A stretch of DNA of 64,000 nucleotides from Candidatus Nomurabacteria bacterium GW2011_GWE1_32_28 (lineage in GTDB: Bacteria > Patescibacteriota > Minisyncoccia > Phycocordibacterales > UBA9973), in assembly GCA_000989515.1 (NCBI GenBank), contig LBOM01000002.1, positions 5,453 to 69,452 of the forward strand, written 5' to 3'. The position numbers and the translations under genes are program-made. This document shows positions 17,785 to 26,511 of this stretch, piece by piece. Below the pieces are notes generated by a model. That model was not told where the DNA came from. It did not search any database and was given only the letters and a program-made list of their open reading frames with translations. Positions within the stretch are counted from its first letter, which is position 1, and each line of letters begins with the position of its first letter.

Positions 17785-19014
17785 CTACCTTAGTCTTAAA
17801 TTGCCTTTAGCTTTTATGCTTGAGATTTTTGGTACTTTCTTATTTTTTTTAATAAACTGTAGATACCCAGCTATTCCTATCATTATTGAGTTATCTCCAG
17901 TCAATTCTTTTTCTGGAAAAAGTACCTCAGTATCTTTACCCATAGCTTTTTTCATTTCTCTTTGTAAATGCTTATTTGAAGATACTCCGCCTGCGACTAT
18001 AATAGTTTTTATTTTATATTTCTCTTTAGCTTTTTTTGTTTTATAAATAAGAGTTTCTACAACAGCGTTTTCAAATTCTAAGGCTATGGCTTGTTTTATT
18101 TTTTCGTCTTTGAAAATATTTGGATTTTCTTTTTTAAGATCTCGTATTAAATAAAGTACAGCTGTTTTTAGTCCTGAAAAAGAAAAATCAAAATTTTTAC
18201 TGTAAATCATAGGGCGGGGGAGTTTGATTTTAGAAGCAAGAGAAAAAGAAAAACTAATCTTTTCGGGGTCGCTGTCTCCGCTTGCTAGCGGAGCGCTGCC
18301 TCTCGGACCGTCGTCCTGCGAGACACCCCGCAAAGATTGTTTTTCTTTTTTTCTTGCTTCTTCTGCCAACTTCGAAATTATTGGACCACCAGGATATGGA
18401 AGATCCATCATCCGCGCAACTTTGTCATAAGCTTCTCCTGCTGCATCATCCAATGTTTCTCCTATTATTTTATATTGCATCCATTTTTTTGAAAGTATGA
18501 GTTCTGTATGCCCACCAGAAACAAGAAGAGACAATATTGGAGTTTTTATATTCGGAATTATAAATTTCTCCTTACTTTTTCCAAAGGGAGATAATATATG
18601 TCCTTCCATATGATTTACGGGCATAATAGGAATAGACCATTTTTTTGCTAATTCTTTTGCAAAGACTATACCGGTCCAGAGAGACGGCTCTAATCCTGGA
18701 CCATATGTCACAGCTATTAAATCTACTGGTTTTTTTTTATTTATCTTTTTTCTTCTAATTTCTAATTTATAATTTGTAATTTTTTCTAAAACTTGTTCTA
18801 AGAGTAAAGGTAAATTTTTTATATGTTCTCTTTTTGCCATCATAGGAAATACACCACCAAATTCTCTGTGAATTTTTATTTGTGAATTTGTAGAATTAGC
18901 TAAAACTTCAAAAGAGGTTGGTATTGTTTTTTTACCTATGTAAGTATTTTTTTTTACTTCTAATATTGTTATAGCTGTATCATCACAAGATGTTTCTATA
19001 CTTAAAATTTTCAT
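17785..19014 (-). CDS. tsaD: tRNA N6-adenosine threonylcarbamoyltransferase TsaD, carrying a ~40 aa GC-rich in-frame insertion
   Basis: MKILSIETSCDDTAI start, HMEGH, SGGHTEL, YPGGP and FSFSGLKTAV motifs. 409 aa versus about 340 typical. Confidence 0.85.
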   Translation of the reverse strand: MKILSIETSCDDTAITILEVKKNTYIGKKTIPTSFEVLANSTNSQIKIHREFGGVFPMMAKREHIKNLPLLLEQVLEKITNYKLEIRRKKINKKKPVDLIAVTYGPGLEPSLWTGIVFAKELAKKWSIPIMPVNHMEGHILSPFGKSKEKFIIPNIKTPILSLLVSGGHTELILSKKWMQYKIIGETLDDAAGEAYDKVARMMDLPYPGGPIISKLAEEARKKEKQSLRGVSQDDGPRGSAPLASGDSDPEKISFSFSLASKIKLPRPMIYSKNFDFSFSGLKTAVLYLIRDLKKENPNIFKDEKIKQAIALEFENAVVETLIYKTKKAKEKYKIKTIIVAGGVSSNKHLQREMKKAMGKDTEVLFPEKELTGDNSIMIGIAGYLQFIKKNKKVPKISSIKAKGNLRLR

Positions 19015-19015
19015 G

Positions 19016-19088
19016 TGCGCGGTACAGGATTCGAACCTATGGCCTACTCAACGTCAATGAGTCGCTCTACCAACTGAGCTAACCGCGC
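19016..19088 (-). tRNA. tRNA-Val (anticodon GAC)
   Basis: gcgcggttagctcagttggtagagcg ... ttGACgt ... ggttcgaatcc; abuts the tsaD start. Confidence 0.85.
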
Positions 19089-19113
19089 TTTTAAACAGAA
19101 ACTTGTTTAATAA

Positions 19114-19860
19114 TTATATGACAAATTCTTCCAAAATTTCAAGTTCTTCTTTTGTATTTGCTCCAAGTGCTTCATGAGATTCTATTTGTATAGCTTCTAT
19201 TTTTTCTTTTTCTAAAGAAGCTATATGAAGGAGATCTGTTAGATAGTATTCATTTTGTATATTTTTGTTGTTTATTTTTTCTAGATTTTTCCAAAGCCAT
19301 TTTGCGTCAAAAGCATAACTTCCAGCATTTACTTCTTTTATTAGTTTTTCTTCTTCGCTAGCATCCCTATATTCACGGATTGCTGTAATTTCTCCATTTT
19401 TTCTTATGATTCTACCAAATGCGATAAATGATTTTCTCCAATTATCAAAATCGCATACCTCTGTTGTCGTGAAAGTTATTTTGGTTTTTACTTCTAGGTG
19501 TTTTTTTAATAAATTTTTAAGAGTTTCTGGTGATATTAGGGGTTGATCTCCTGATAATATAATTATATGTTCTGCGTCTTTACAATATTCTTTTGTACAA
19601 GACACAGCATGACCAGTACCTAGTTGCTCTTTTTGGATTGCATAAAAACAAGAATCTTTAAGTTCAGATTTTACGAGTTCAGCCTTATTTCCTATTACAG
19701 CTATAGGTTTTTTATTAAAAGCTTTTTTTACCGAATTTAATATATATTTTATTAGTGGTTTGCCATTTAGTTTTATTAGAACCTTTGGTAGATCGCTTTG
19801 CATTCTTTTTCCTTTTCCTCCAGCTAAAATTATTATCTTAATTTTGTCTAAATTTTCCAT
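19114..19860 (-). CDS. Sugar-1-phosphate nucleotidyltransferase corresponding to the GlmU N-terminal (uridyltransferase) domain only
   Basis: ILAGGKGKRMQSDLPKVL and EQLGTGHAV match the GlmU pyrophosphorylase domain. No left-handed beta-helix acetyltransferase domain is present (248 aa). Confidence 0.7.
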   Translation of the reverse strand: MENLDKIKIIILAGGKGKRMQSDLPKVLIKLNGKPLIKYILNSVKKAFNKKPIAVIGNKAELVKSELKDSCFYAIQKEQLGTGHAVSCTKEYCKDAEHIIILSGDQPLISPETLKNLLKKHLEVKTKITFTTTEVCDFDNWRKSFIAFGRIIRKNGEITAIREYRDASEEEKLIKEVNAGSYAFDAKWLWKNLEKINNKNIQNEYYLTDLLHIASLEKEKIEAIQIESHEALGANTKEELEILEEFVI

Positions 19861-20174
19861 AAAATATCAATATTGTATTAAATTCTTAATTTATAAATAT
19901 AAAAGCAAGCTTTTGTGTTGCTCGCTTTATCTTATTTAAAAGCTTATATATAACATTTATTATAATAGTATTTTGTTAGATTTTTTACAAGTATTGATCA
20001 TATTATTTTATTTTATTTAAAACAAAAAAATAATAACATACTAAAATTCTTTTGTCAAAAATAAAGTAAATATATTGCTTATGTTTATTGACTTTATTCT
20101 TTTATTATGTTAGTCTCTATTTAGATAAAAGTTATTTTAAATAATTATTTTTTCACTTAATTAATGGAGTAAGA

Positions 20175-20552
20175 ATGGATCAGATCCAAAATTTTACAGA
20201 TTTTAGAATTCAAGAGGGAATAGAGGTTTCCGTTACTTATAATAATTCTAATTATTCAGAAAAAAAGATTTCTTTTTTCTTAGAAAAGAGGGATTCTTTA
20301 ATGATAAGAAAGATTAAAGAATTTGGTGTACAAGTATCTTCCTTGGAAATGTTTTCCAACGGAAAAGTCGGTTTTTTAATCAATAATAATGGAATTATTG
20401 ATTTTTCTTATCAAATAATAATCAGTAATCTCTCTCTAGAGAGATTAAATTATATTATGGGACATATAAATTTCGATTTTCCTAAAGAATATTTTGAAGA
20501 GAAAAGAGAAATTAAAGCTCCGATTGAAGTCGGAGAAGAAATTGAAGTTTAA
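20175..20552 (+). CDS. Hypothetical protein
   Basis: 125 aa ORF after a 314 bp AT-rich intergenic region. No recognisable motif. Confidence 0.35.
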   Translation: MDQIQNFTDFRIQEGIEVSVTYNNSNYSEKKISFFLEKRDSLMIRKIKEFGVQVSSLEMFSNGKVGFLINNNGIIDFSYQIIISNLSLERLNYIMGHINFDFPKEYFEEKREIKAPIEVGEEIEV

Positions 20553-20562
20553 ATAAATTTTA

Positions 20563-20598
20563 GCGCGATATATTTTTATAATATCGCGCTTTTTATTA
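20563..20598. terminator. Bidirectional intrinsic terminator between convergent genes
   Basis: agcgcgatat...atatcgcgct 10 bp perfect stem followed by a T-run. Confidence 0.75.
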
Positions 20599-20606
20599 TG
20601 ATCTCT

Positions 20607-21407
20607 CTACAAATATCTTTTACTTAAAATAACTATTAAGAAAATACCAAGCATTAATAAGACAATTGTTCCACCTGTTGATAGGTTAAAATAAAAAGAG
20701 ACAAAAATACCAGCTATGACAGACAAAATAGAAAAACATTCTGCGTATATGATTGTTTTTAAGAATCCTTTTTTTAATTGAAGTGCTGTTACAACAGGTA
20801 TTACTATTAATGCTGTTATTAACAATATTCCTATTATTGGAATAGCTAAAGATACAGTGATAGCAACAAGCATTATAAAAATAGTATTAATAAAACGGAC
20901 AGGAAGCCCACTAACTTTTGCTGATTCTTCGTCGAAAGTTATATAAACAATTTCTTTATAAAAAATAATCAGAAGAATCAAAACAATTACTCCAAGTATG
21001 AGTATGGTATATATATCATTTTGAGTGACGGTTACAATACTTCCAAAAAGATAGTTGAGTAAATTTGAATTGAAACCCTTACCTAAACTTAAAAGTACTG
21101 TTGCGATGGCGAGTCCACCAGAGAGAAATAGAGCCAACGCAGATTCTCCATAAATATGTTTTGTATTTCTTAATCGTTCCATGCCAACTGAAGAAATTGT
21201 AGTTACGCCAAGTGTTGTTAAAATAGGATTCCACCCGAATAGAAAGGCCATAGCTACTCCTGCAAGCGAAATATGTGAAAGAGTATCAGCTATTAATGAA
21301 TAACGTCTTAATACAAGAAAAGTACCTATAAGTGGTGCAATAAAAGCTATTATTACTCCAGCTTCAAATCCTCTTAATATAAAGTTGTATTGAAAAATAT
21401 CTAACAT
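20607..21407 (-). CDS. znuB: Metal (Zn/Mn) ABC transporter permease (ABC-3 family)
   Basis: Eight-TM ABC-3 permease. Last gene of a three-gene operon. Confidence 0.7.
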   Translation of the reverse strand: MLDIFQYNFILRGFEAGVIIAFIAPLIGTFLVLRRYSLIADTLSHISLAGVAMAFLFGWNPILTTLGVTTISSVGMERLRNTKHIYGESALALFLSGGLAIATVLLSLGKGFNSNLLNYLFGSIVTVTQNDIYTILILGVIVLILLIIFYKEIVYITFDEESAKVSGLPVRFINTIFIMLVAITVSLAIPIIGILLITALIVIPVVTALQLKKGFLKTIIYAECFSILSVIAGIFVSFYFNLSTGGTIVLLMLGIFLIVILSKRYL

Positions 21408-21410
21408 ATA

Positions 21411-22148
21411 TTATAAACGTCTACTAATTATTCCATGCGACTCTTTAAATAAATCATCAATAGATTCATGAAAAATTAAAGTATGATCTTTAATACAAGC
21501 TACATGCATCGCTTCGTGAGACATACTTTCTATGTCGTGTGTTACTATAACGATAGTAAGTTTTAGCTTTTCATTTAGATCATGGAGTAATTTATAGAAT
21601 TTTTCTTTAATATCTTTTTCAACTCCGACAGTAGGTTCATCTAGAAAAATAATTTCAGGGTTTCCAGTTAGAGCTCTGGCAATAAAAACACGTTGTTGTT
21701 GTCCACCTGAGAGATCTCCAATTGGACGATTGCGATAGGGGAGCATTTCAACCTGTTCTAACGCTTTATATACTTCTTGTTTATCTTTATCATTTATTCT
21801 TTTAAACAATCCAAGTTTTCCATATCTGCCCATCATTACAACTTCTTCAACTGTCACAGGAAAATTATTATCAAAATTAATTACTTTTTGAGGGACATAA
21901 CCAATCTTTGACCAATCTTTAAAAACAGATATATCTTGGCCAAATAATTTAATTGTCCCTCTCTTGAAAGAGAGAAGTCCTAAAATTGTCCTAAGTAATG
22001 TTGTTTTTCCAGAACCGTTACTTCCAACTATTCCTAAATAGTCACCTTTATGAATTGATAAATTAATATCATTAAGAATTGTTTCATCACCATAGGAGGA
22101 GGAGATGTTTTTGATTTCAATAATATTTTTTGTATGATCTATATGCAT
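21411..22148 (-). CDS. znuC: Metal ABC transporter ATP-binding protein
   Basis: Walker A GSNGSGKTTL, signature LSGGQQQRV, Walker B IIFLDEPT. Confidence 0.8.
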   Translation of the reverse strand: MHIDHTKNIIEIKNISSSYGDETILNDINLSIHKGDYLGIVGSNGSGKTTLLRTILGLLSFKRGTIKLFGQDISVFKDWSKIGYVPQKVINFDNNFPVTVEEVVMMGRYGKLGLFKRINDKDKQEVYKALEQVEMLPYRNRPIGDLSGGQQQRVFIARALTGNPEIIFLDEPTVGVEKDIKEKFYKLLHDLNEKLKLTIVIVTHDIESMSHEAMHVACIKDHTLIFHESIDDLFKESHGIISRRL

Positions 22149-23077
22149 TCTAATGCTATTTTTAAGTTTACTAAATTATTTCTCATTTCACTAAAATAAT
22201 CTTTGCCCTCTGATATTTCATTATCTGTTAATCCTCCAATAGGATCTAAGACCAATGTTTTTGCTCCTATTTCTCTTGCTATTGCTTCAGAGAGCTTAGG
22301 GGAAACTAAATTTTCAAAGAAAATATATTTTACATTATTTTCTTTAGCAAATTTTGATATTTCTGTCATTTCTTTTTGTGAAGGTTCTTCTTCGTGTGAG
22401 AGGCCTGCTATGGAAATTTGATTTAAATTATATTCTTGTGCTAAATAAGCAAAAGCAGAATGAGAGACTATAATGTTTTTACTTCCACAAGTAGTCAGAC
22501 TTTGTTTAAATTCTTCATCCAAAATATTTAGTTTCTTTTTAAGAATTTCAGTATTAGATTTATAATAATAAGAATTTTTAGGATCTACAATTGAAAGTCC
22601 AGATTCTATTTTATCCGCCATCTGGATAGCCAACACGGGAGAAAGCCAGATGTGAGGGTCAATTCCATTATTATTGTTTTCTTCGTGTTCCTCTTCTCCT
22701 TTTTTTTCTATTGTTGCTAGACCTTCTCCAGCAATTACAATATAAGTATCTTTATCTTCAAGATTTGTTTTAATATTATCTCCCCAGCCTTCTAAACCTA
22801 TTCCATTTAAGATGAGTAGATCACTATCTTCTATCGTAGCCATATCACGAGCAGTTGGTTCATATCCATGAGGACCAGCTCCACTTGGAATTATATTTAA
22901 AACAGTAGCTCTGTCTCCTGCGATTTCAGATGTGAAAAAATATAAAGGATAAAAACTAGTGACAACTTTTATTTTATCATCTGAGACTACTTTTTCTTTT
23001 TTATTACTAAACAAAACAAAAAAACTTACTATTAATATAATCAATATTGATAAAGCTATAATATACTTTTTATTCAT
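22139..23077 (-). CDS. znuA: Metal ABC transporter substrate-binding protein (ZnuA/TroA family) with acidic His-containing loop
   Basis: TroA-like fold with EKKGEEEHEENNNNGIDPHIW loop typical of ZnuA. Lipoprotein-like N-terminus. Confidence 0.7.
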   Translation of the reverse strand: MNKKYIIALSILIILIVSFFVLFSNKKEKVVSDDKIKVVTSFYPLYFFTSEIAGDRATVLNIIPSGAGPHGYEPTARDMATIEDSDLLILNGIGLEGWGDNIKTNLEDKDTYIVIAGEGLATIEKKGEEEHEENNNNGIDPHIWLSPVLAIQMADKIESGLSIVDPKNSYYYKSNTEILKKKLNILDEEFKQSLTTCGSKNIIVSHSAFAYLAQEYNLNQISIAGLSHEEEPSQKEMTEISKFAKENNVKYIFFENLVSPKLSEAIAREIGAKTLVLDPIGGLTDNEISEGKDYFSEMRNNLVNLKIALECI

Positions 23078-23201
23078 AAAATCTTATTTAAACTTTTAAT
23101 AAAATAGACCTTTGTAATTGTTAGTCATTTACATTTAAGATTATATACTACTTAAATGGTAATTGCAAATACTTAACATTTAGTTTAATATATAAAATAT
23201 T

Positions 23202-23627
23202 ATGATAAAGGATTTTAGCTATCTTATTAAAGATAAAGGTTTTAAAGTAACTCAAATTCGTAAAGATATACTTGGTATTTTTTCAAATGATTGTAAACCG
23301 ATAAATGCAGAGTATATATATAAAGTACTTAAGAATAAAAAAACAAACCTAGTTACAATATATAGGACTCTTGTATCTTTTGAGAAAGAAGGGATATTGA
23401 AACGTGTCGATTTACATAAAGAATCTGTTTATTATGAACTTGTGGATGATCACCATCATCATCATATTATTTGTTTATATTGTAAAAAAGTTTATAATTT
23501 TAATGGGTGTAAAGAAGATTCAGATTTGCTTATATCTAAGGCGCTAAAACAAAATAAAGATTTTAATTCCATATCGCATCATTCATTTGATTTATTTGGA
23601 ATTTGTAAAAAATGTTCAAAAAAATGA
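23202..23627 (+). CDS. zur: Fur-family transcriptional regulator (probable Zur)
   Basis: Winged-helix N-terminus and C-terminal metal site HHHHHIICLYCKKV ... CKKC. Divergent from the znu operon. Confidence 0.65.
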   Translation: MIKDFSYLIKDKGFKVTQIRKDILGIFSNDCKPINAEYIYKVLKNKKTNLVTIYRTLVSFEKEGILKRVDLHKESVYYELVDDHHHHHIICLYCKKVYNFNGCKEDSDLLISKALKQNKDFNSISHHSFDLFGICKKCSKK

Positions 23628-24073
23628 AATATAAAAATATATACAATATTATAGGTAGTATCATTATAGCCATAGGATTAATAACCTTTGCTGTTTATTC
23701 AACAAAGTGTATTGGATCAGAATGTAAGGTTGAAAATATTCCCGTAAAAGCAGAACAAGTAACTTCTAAGATGAATCCAGAAGTTATTAATAAACAAGTA
23801 GAGAATAATGAGATTGTTCTTCTTGATGTTAGAGAAGATTCTGAATGGAATGAAGGTCACATTAAGGGAGCACAGCACATTGCACTAGGTAATTTAAATA
23901 CTGAAACTATAAAAGATTTACCAAAAAACATACCAATTTATATATATTGTAGGTCAGGCAGAAGAGCAGGGGAGGCAGAAATTAAATTAAAAGAATTAAA
24001 TTTTAATAATGTAGAAAAACTTGGAGGAATAATAGAATGGCAAGAAAAAGGAGGAGCTCTTATCACTAAATAG
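23612..24073 (+). CDS. Rhodanese-domain sulfurtransferase, membrane-anchored
   Basis: N-terminal TM helix, rhodanese active-site loop IYCRSGRRAG. Confidence 0.75.
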   Translation: MFKKMKYKNIYNIIGSIIIAIGLITFAVYSTKCIGSECKVENIPVKAEQVTSKMNPEVINKQVENNEIVLLDVREDSEWNEGHIKGAQHIALGNLNTETIKDLPKNIPIYIYCRSGRRAGEAEIKLKELNFNNVEKLGGIIEWQEKGGALITK

Positions 24074-24098
24074 TTTTAATAAGATAATACTTGACTAA

Positions 24099-24127
24099 AT
24101 ATCGTAGTGGGTATATACTCATTATAG
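24099..24127 (+). promoter_or_regulatory. Sigma-70-like promoter (TTGACT-17-TATACT)
   Basis: ttgact aaatatcgtagtgggta tatact about 55 bp upstream of the 24184 ATG. Confidence 0.5.
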
Positions 24128-24183
24128 ATAGTAGATGTTAGGTCGAGCTATCTATTAAAAACTAATTAAATTATATAAATATT

Positions 24184-24408
24184 ATGCCTAATTTAGATGG
24201 TAGAGGACCAATGGGTCAAGGACCAAGAACTGGTCGAGGTATGGGGTGGGGTTGTTGTGGCGGATGTAGATGTGGTAGAGGTTTTGGATTTCGAAGATTT
24301 TTTTCTTCTAAAAATGATTTAGATACCTTAGAAGAACAAGAAAAAATGCTTGAGCAAGAATTAGAAGCAGTGCGTAAAGAAAAATCTGCTTTAGTAAATT
24401 TAAAGTAA
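24184..24408 (+). CDS. DUF5320-family small Gly/Cys-rich protein
   Basis: MPNLDGRGPMGQGPRTGRGMGWGCCGGCRCGRG N-terminus matches the MPxxDGTGPxGxGPxTGRGxG signature of DUF5320. C-terminal coiled coil. Confidence 0.6.
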   Translation: MPNLDGRGPMGQGPRTGRGMGWGCCGGCRCGRGFGFRRFFSSKNDLDTLEEQEKMLEQELEAVRKEKSALVNLK

Positions 24409-24414
24409 ATAATA

Positions 24415-24448
24415 CAAACTGACTTATTTGTACAGATAAGTCAGTTTG
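24415..24448 (+). terminator. Hairpin terminator
   Basis: caaactgacttat ttgtacag ataagtcagtttg, 13 bp stem. Confidence 0.6.
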
Positions 24449-24481
24449 TGTCATTTAATTTTATTAATTATTTAATTATAT

Positions 24482-25015
24482 ATGGTAAAAATAATTCAAA
24501 ATGGAAATAAAACTCTTCGTAAAATAGCTAAAGAAGTATCTATTTCTGAAATAATAAAACCAAAAATACAAAAAATTTTGAAAGATATGAGTGAAGCTCT
24601 CGATGGCCAAAATGATGGTGTCGCTATCGCCGCTCCGCAGATAAATGTATCCTTGCGAATTTTTATAGTTTCTGGAAAAATATTTGATGAGAACTTCATT
24701 AATGATAAAAATATAGATAAAGATAACTTTTCCAATAAAAAAATATCACCAAATTTAATTTTTATTAATCCAATTTTAAAAAAAATATCTAGAGAAAAAA
24801 AATTATTAGAAGAAGGGTGTTTATCTGTTCGTCCAATTTTTGGGAAAGTACGTCGCTCTGTTAAAGCAGTTGTTGAAGCATATGATGAAAATGGTAAGAA
24901 ATTTACTAGAGGAGGAAGTGGTCTGCTTGCACATATTTTCCAGCATGAGATTGATCACTTAGAAGGAGTACTTTTTATAGATAAAGCTGAGGAAATGAGA
25001 GAGATTTTAGAATAA
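24482..25015 (+). CDS. def: Peptide deformylase
   Basis: GVAIAAPQI, EGCLSV and QHEIDHLEG motifs. Confidence 0.9.
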   Translation: MVKIIQNGNKTLRKIAKEVSISEIIKPKIQKILKDMSEALDGQNDGVAIAAPQINVSLRIFIVSGKIFDENFINDKNIDKDNFSNKKISPNLIFINPILKKISREKKLLEEGCLSVRPIFGKVRRSVKAVVEAYDENGKKFTRGGSGLLAHIFQHEIDHLEGVLFIDKAEEMREILE

Positions 25016-25033
25016 AAGATATATAATAAAATT

Positions 25034-25321
25034 ATGCCAAGAACACAAAACTGTTTATGTAAGAATATAAAGTTTGAGCCAAATATAGTTTATTTTAAAC
25101 CACAGGGTGTTTCTATGAGAGATCTAGAGATAGTAGAAGTTTCTATGGAAGAAGTTGAAGCTTATAGGTTGCGACATGTTGAAAAATTAGAACAAACACA
25201 AGCAGGAGAAAAAATGAATACTTCTACGAGTACTTATCAAAGAATTCTTTACTCTGTTTATGAAAAATTAGGAGACGCTTTAATAAATGGTAAGGCTATT
25301 AAAATTATTAAACATAAATAA
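25034..25321 (+). CDS. DUF134 (UPF0251) predicted DNA-binding protein
   Basis: MPRTQNCLCKNIKFEPNIVYFKPQG ... GKAIKI matches the DUF134 pattern MPRPxKCRxV..P....FKP ... NGKAI. Confidence 0.65.
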   Translation: MPRTQNCLCKNIKFEPNIVYFKPQGVSMRDLEIVEVSMEEVEAYRLRHVEKLEQTQAGEKMNTSTSTYQRILYSVYEKLGDALINGKAIKIIKHK

Positions 25322-25324
25322 TAC

Positions 25325-26500
25325 ATGAGTAAAAAATTAACCATAGTTTCAAAATTGTTTGTTTTGTTTGGAGTGTTAGCTTTAGTCACATCTGTAATAT
25401 CTGTTTTTAATCCAAAAGTATCATATGCAGACGAGAAAGTAAAAGTAGATTTCTTTTATGGTGACGGTTGTCCTCATTGCGCAAGAGTTGAACCAATAAT
25501 TGATCTTCTTAAAAATAAGTTTCCAGAAGTTTTATTTAATGGTTATGAAATATATCATAATCAGGATAACGCCTTGTTGCTTTATTCATTGTATGATGAA
25601 TATAAAGTTATAGAAGAAAATCGTGGGGGAGTACCTATTGTTTTTATAGGTGACGAATATTTGATTGGAGATCAACCAATAATAAATAATTTAGAAAATA
25701 AAATTGTTACAAATTTGTCACTTTTATCAAGTAAAATTAAAACAGAAGTATCTATAATTTCACCTGTTTTACCACTAAACATAGAAGTAGATAGTACTGA
25801 TGAATTAAATATACCTACAAAGAAGTCATATTCGATTTGGGCTATCATAGGAGCTGCATTTGTTGATTCAATAAACCCTTGTGCTATTGCTGTCCTTTTA
25901 ATACTCTTGACGGCCTTAATGGTTGCCTCAGGTAATAAAAAGAGAGCTTTATATGGTGGATTAGCTTTTACTCTTTCTATTTATATTACATATTTTCTTT
26001 TTGGATTAGGATTGTTACAACTAATAGCAGTTACAAATATTGCTGGTATTATATCTAAAATTGTTGGAATAATAGCTTTAATTATTGGGTTAGCTAATAT
26101 TAAAGATTTTTTCTTTTATGGAGGAGGAGGTTTTGTAATGGAAATACCACGAAACTGGAGACCAATATTAAAAAAGATTTTAAATAGCGTTACTTCTCCT
26201 TTTGGTGCATTTCTTTCTGGATTCGTAGTTACTTTATTTGAGTTACCTTGTACTGGTGGACCATATTTCTTTGTAATAGGCTTATTGTCACAAGCAGAAA
26301 GTATTGTAAGTATTATTCCGATACTTTTATTTTACAATATAGTATTTATTCTCCCTTTATTGTTTATTGTATTCGCTGTTTATTTTGGAGTTTCATCAAT
26401 AGAAAAAGCTGAAGCATGGAAAGAAAAAAACTTAAGGAAACTTCATCTAGTAGCAGGTATAATAATGATTGCTTTAGGATCTTGGATATTTTTAATTTAA
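25325..26500 (+). CDS. Thioredoxin-like domain fused to CcdA/DsbD-type thiol-disulfide transporter membrane domain
   Basis: N-terminal CPHC thioredoxin motif (GDGCPHCARVEP) then multi-TM domain with conserved Cys pair (NPCAIAVLL ... LPCTGGPYFF). Confidence 0.7.
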   Translation: MSKKLTIVSKLFVLFGVLALVTSVISVFNPKVSYADEKVKVDFFYGDGCPHCARVEPIIDLLKNKFPEVLFNGYEIYHNQDNALLLYSLYDEYKVIEENRGGVPIVFIGDEYLIGDQPIINNLENKIVTNLSLLSSKIKTEVSIISPVLPLNIEVDSTDELNIPTKKSYSIWAIIGAAFVDSINPCAIAVLLILLTALMVASGNKKRALYGGLAFTLSIYITYFLFGLGLLQLIAVTNIAGIISKIVGIIALIIGLANIKDFFFYGGGGFVMEIPRNWRPILKKILNSVTSPFGAFLSGFVVTLFELPCTGGPYFFVIGLLSQAESIVSIIPILLFYNIVFILPLLFIVFAVYFGVSSIEKAEAWKEKNLRKLHLVAGIIMIALGSWIFLI

Positions 26501-26511
26501 GAATATTAATA

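Noticed and set aside
18224-18500. Two overlapping + strand ORFs (68 and 72 aa) inside tsaD
   Set aside because: They are artefacts of the local GC-rich insertion removing stop codons. They are antisense to a well-supported TsaD reading frame.
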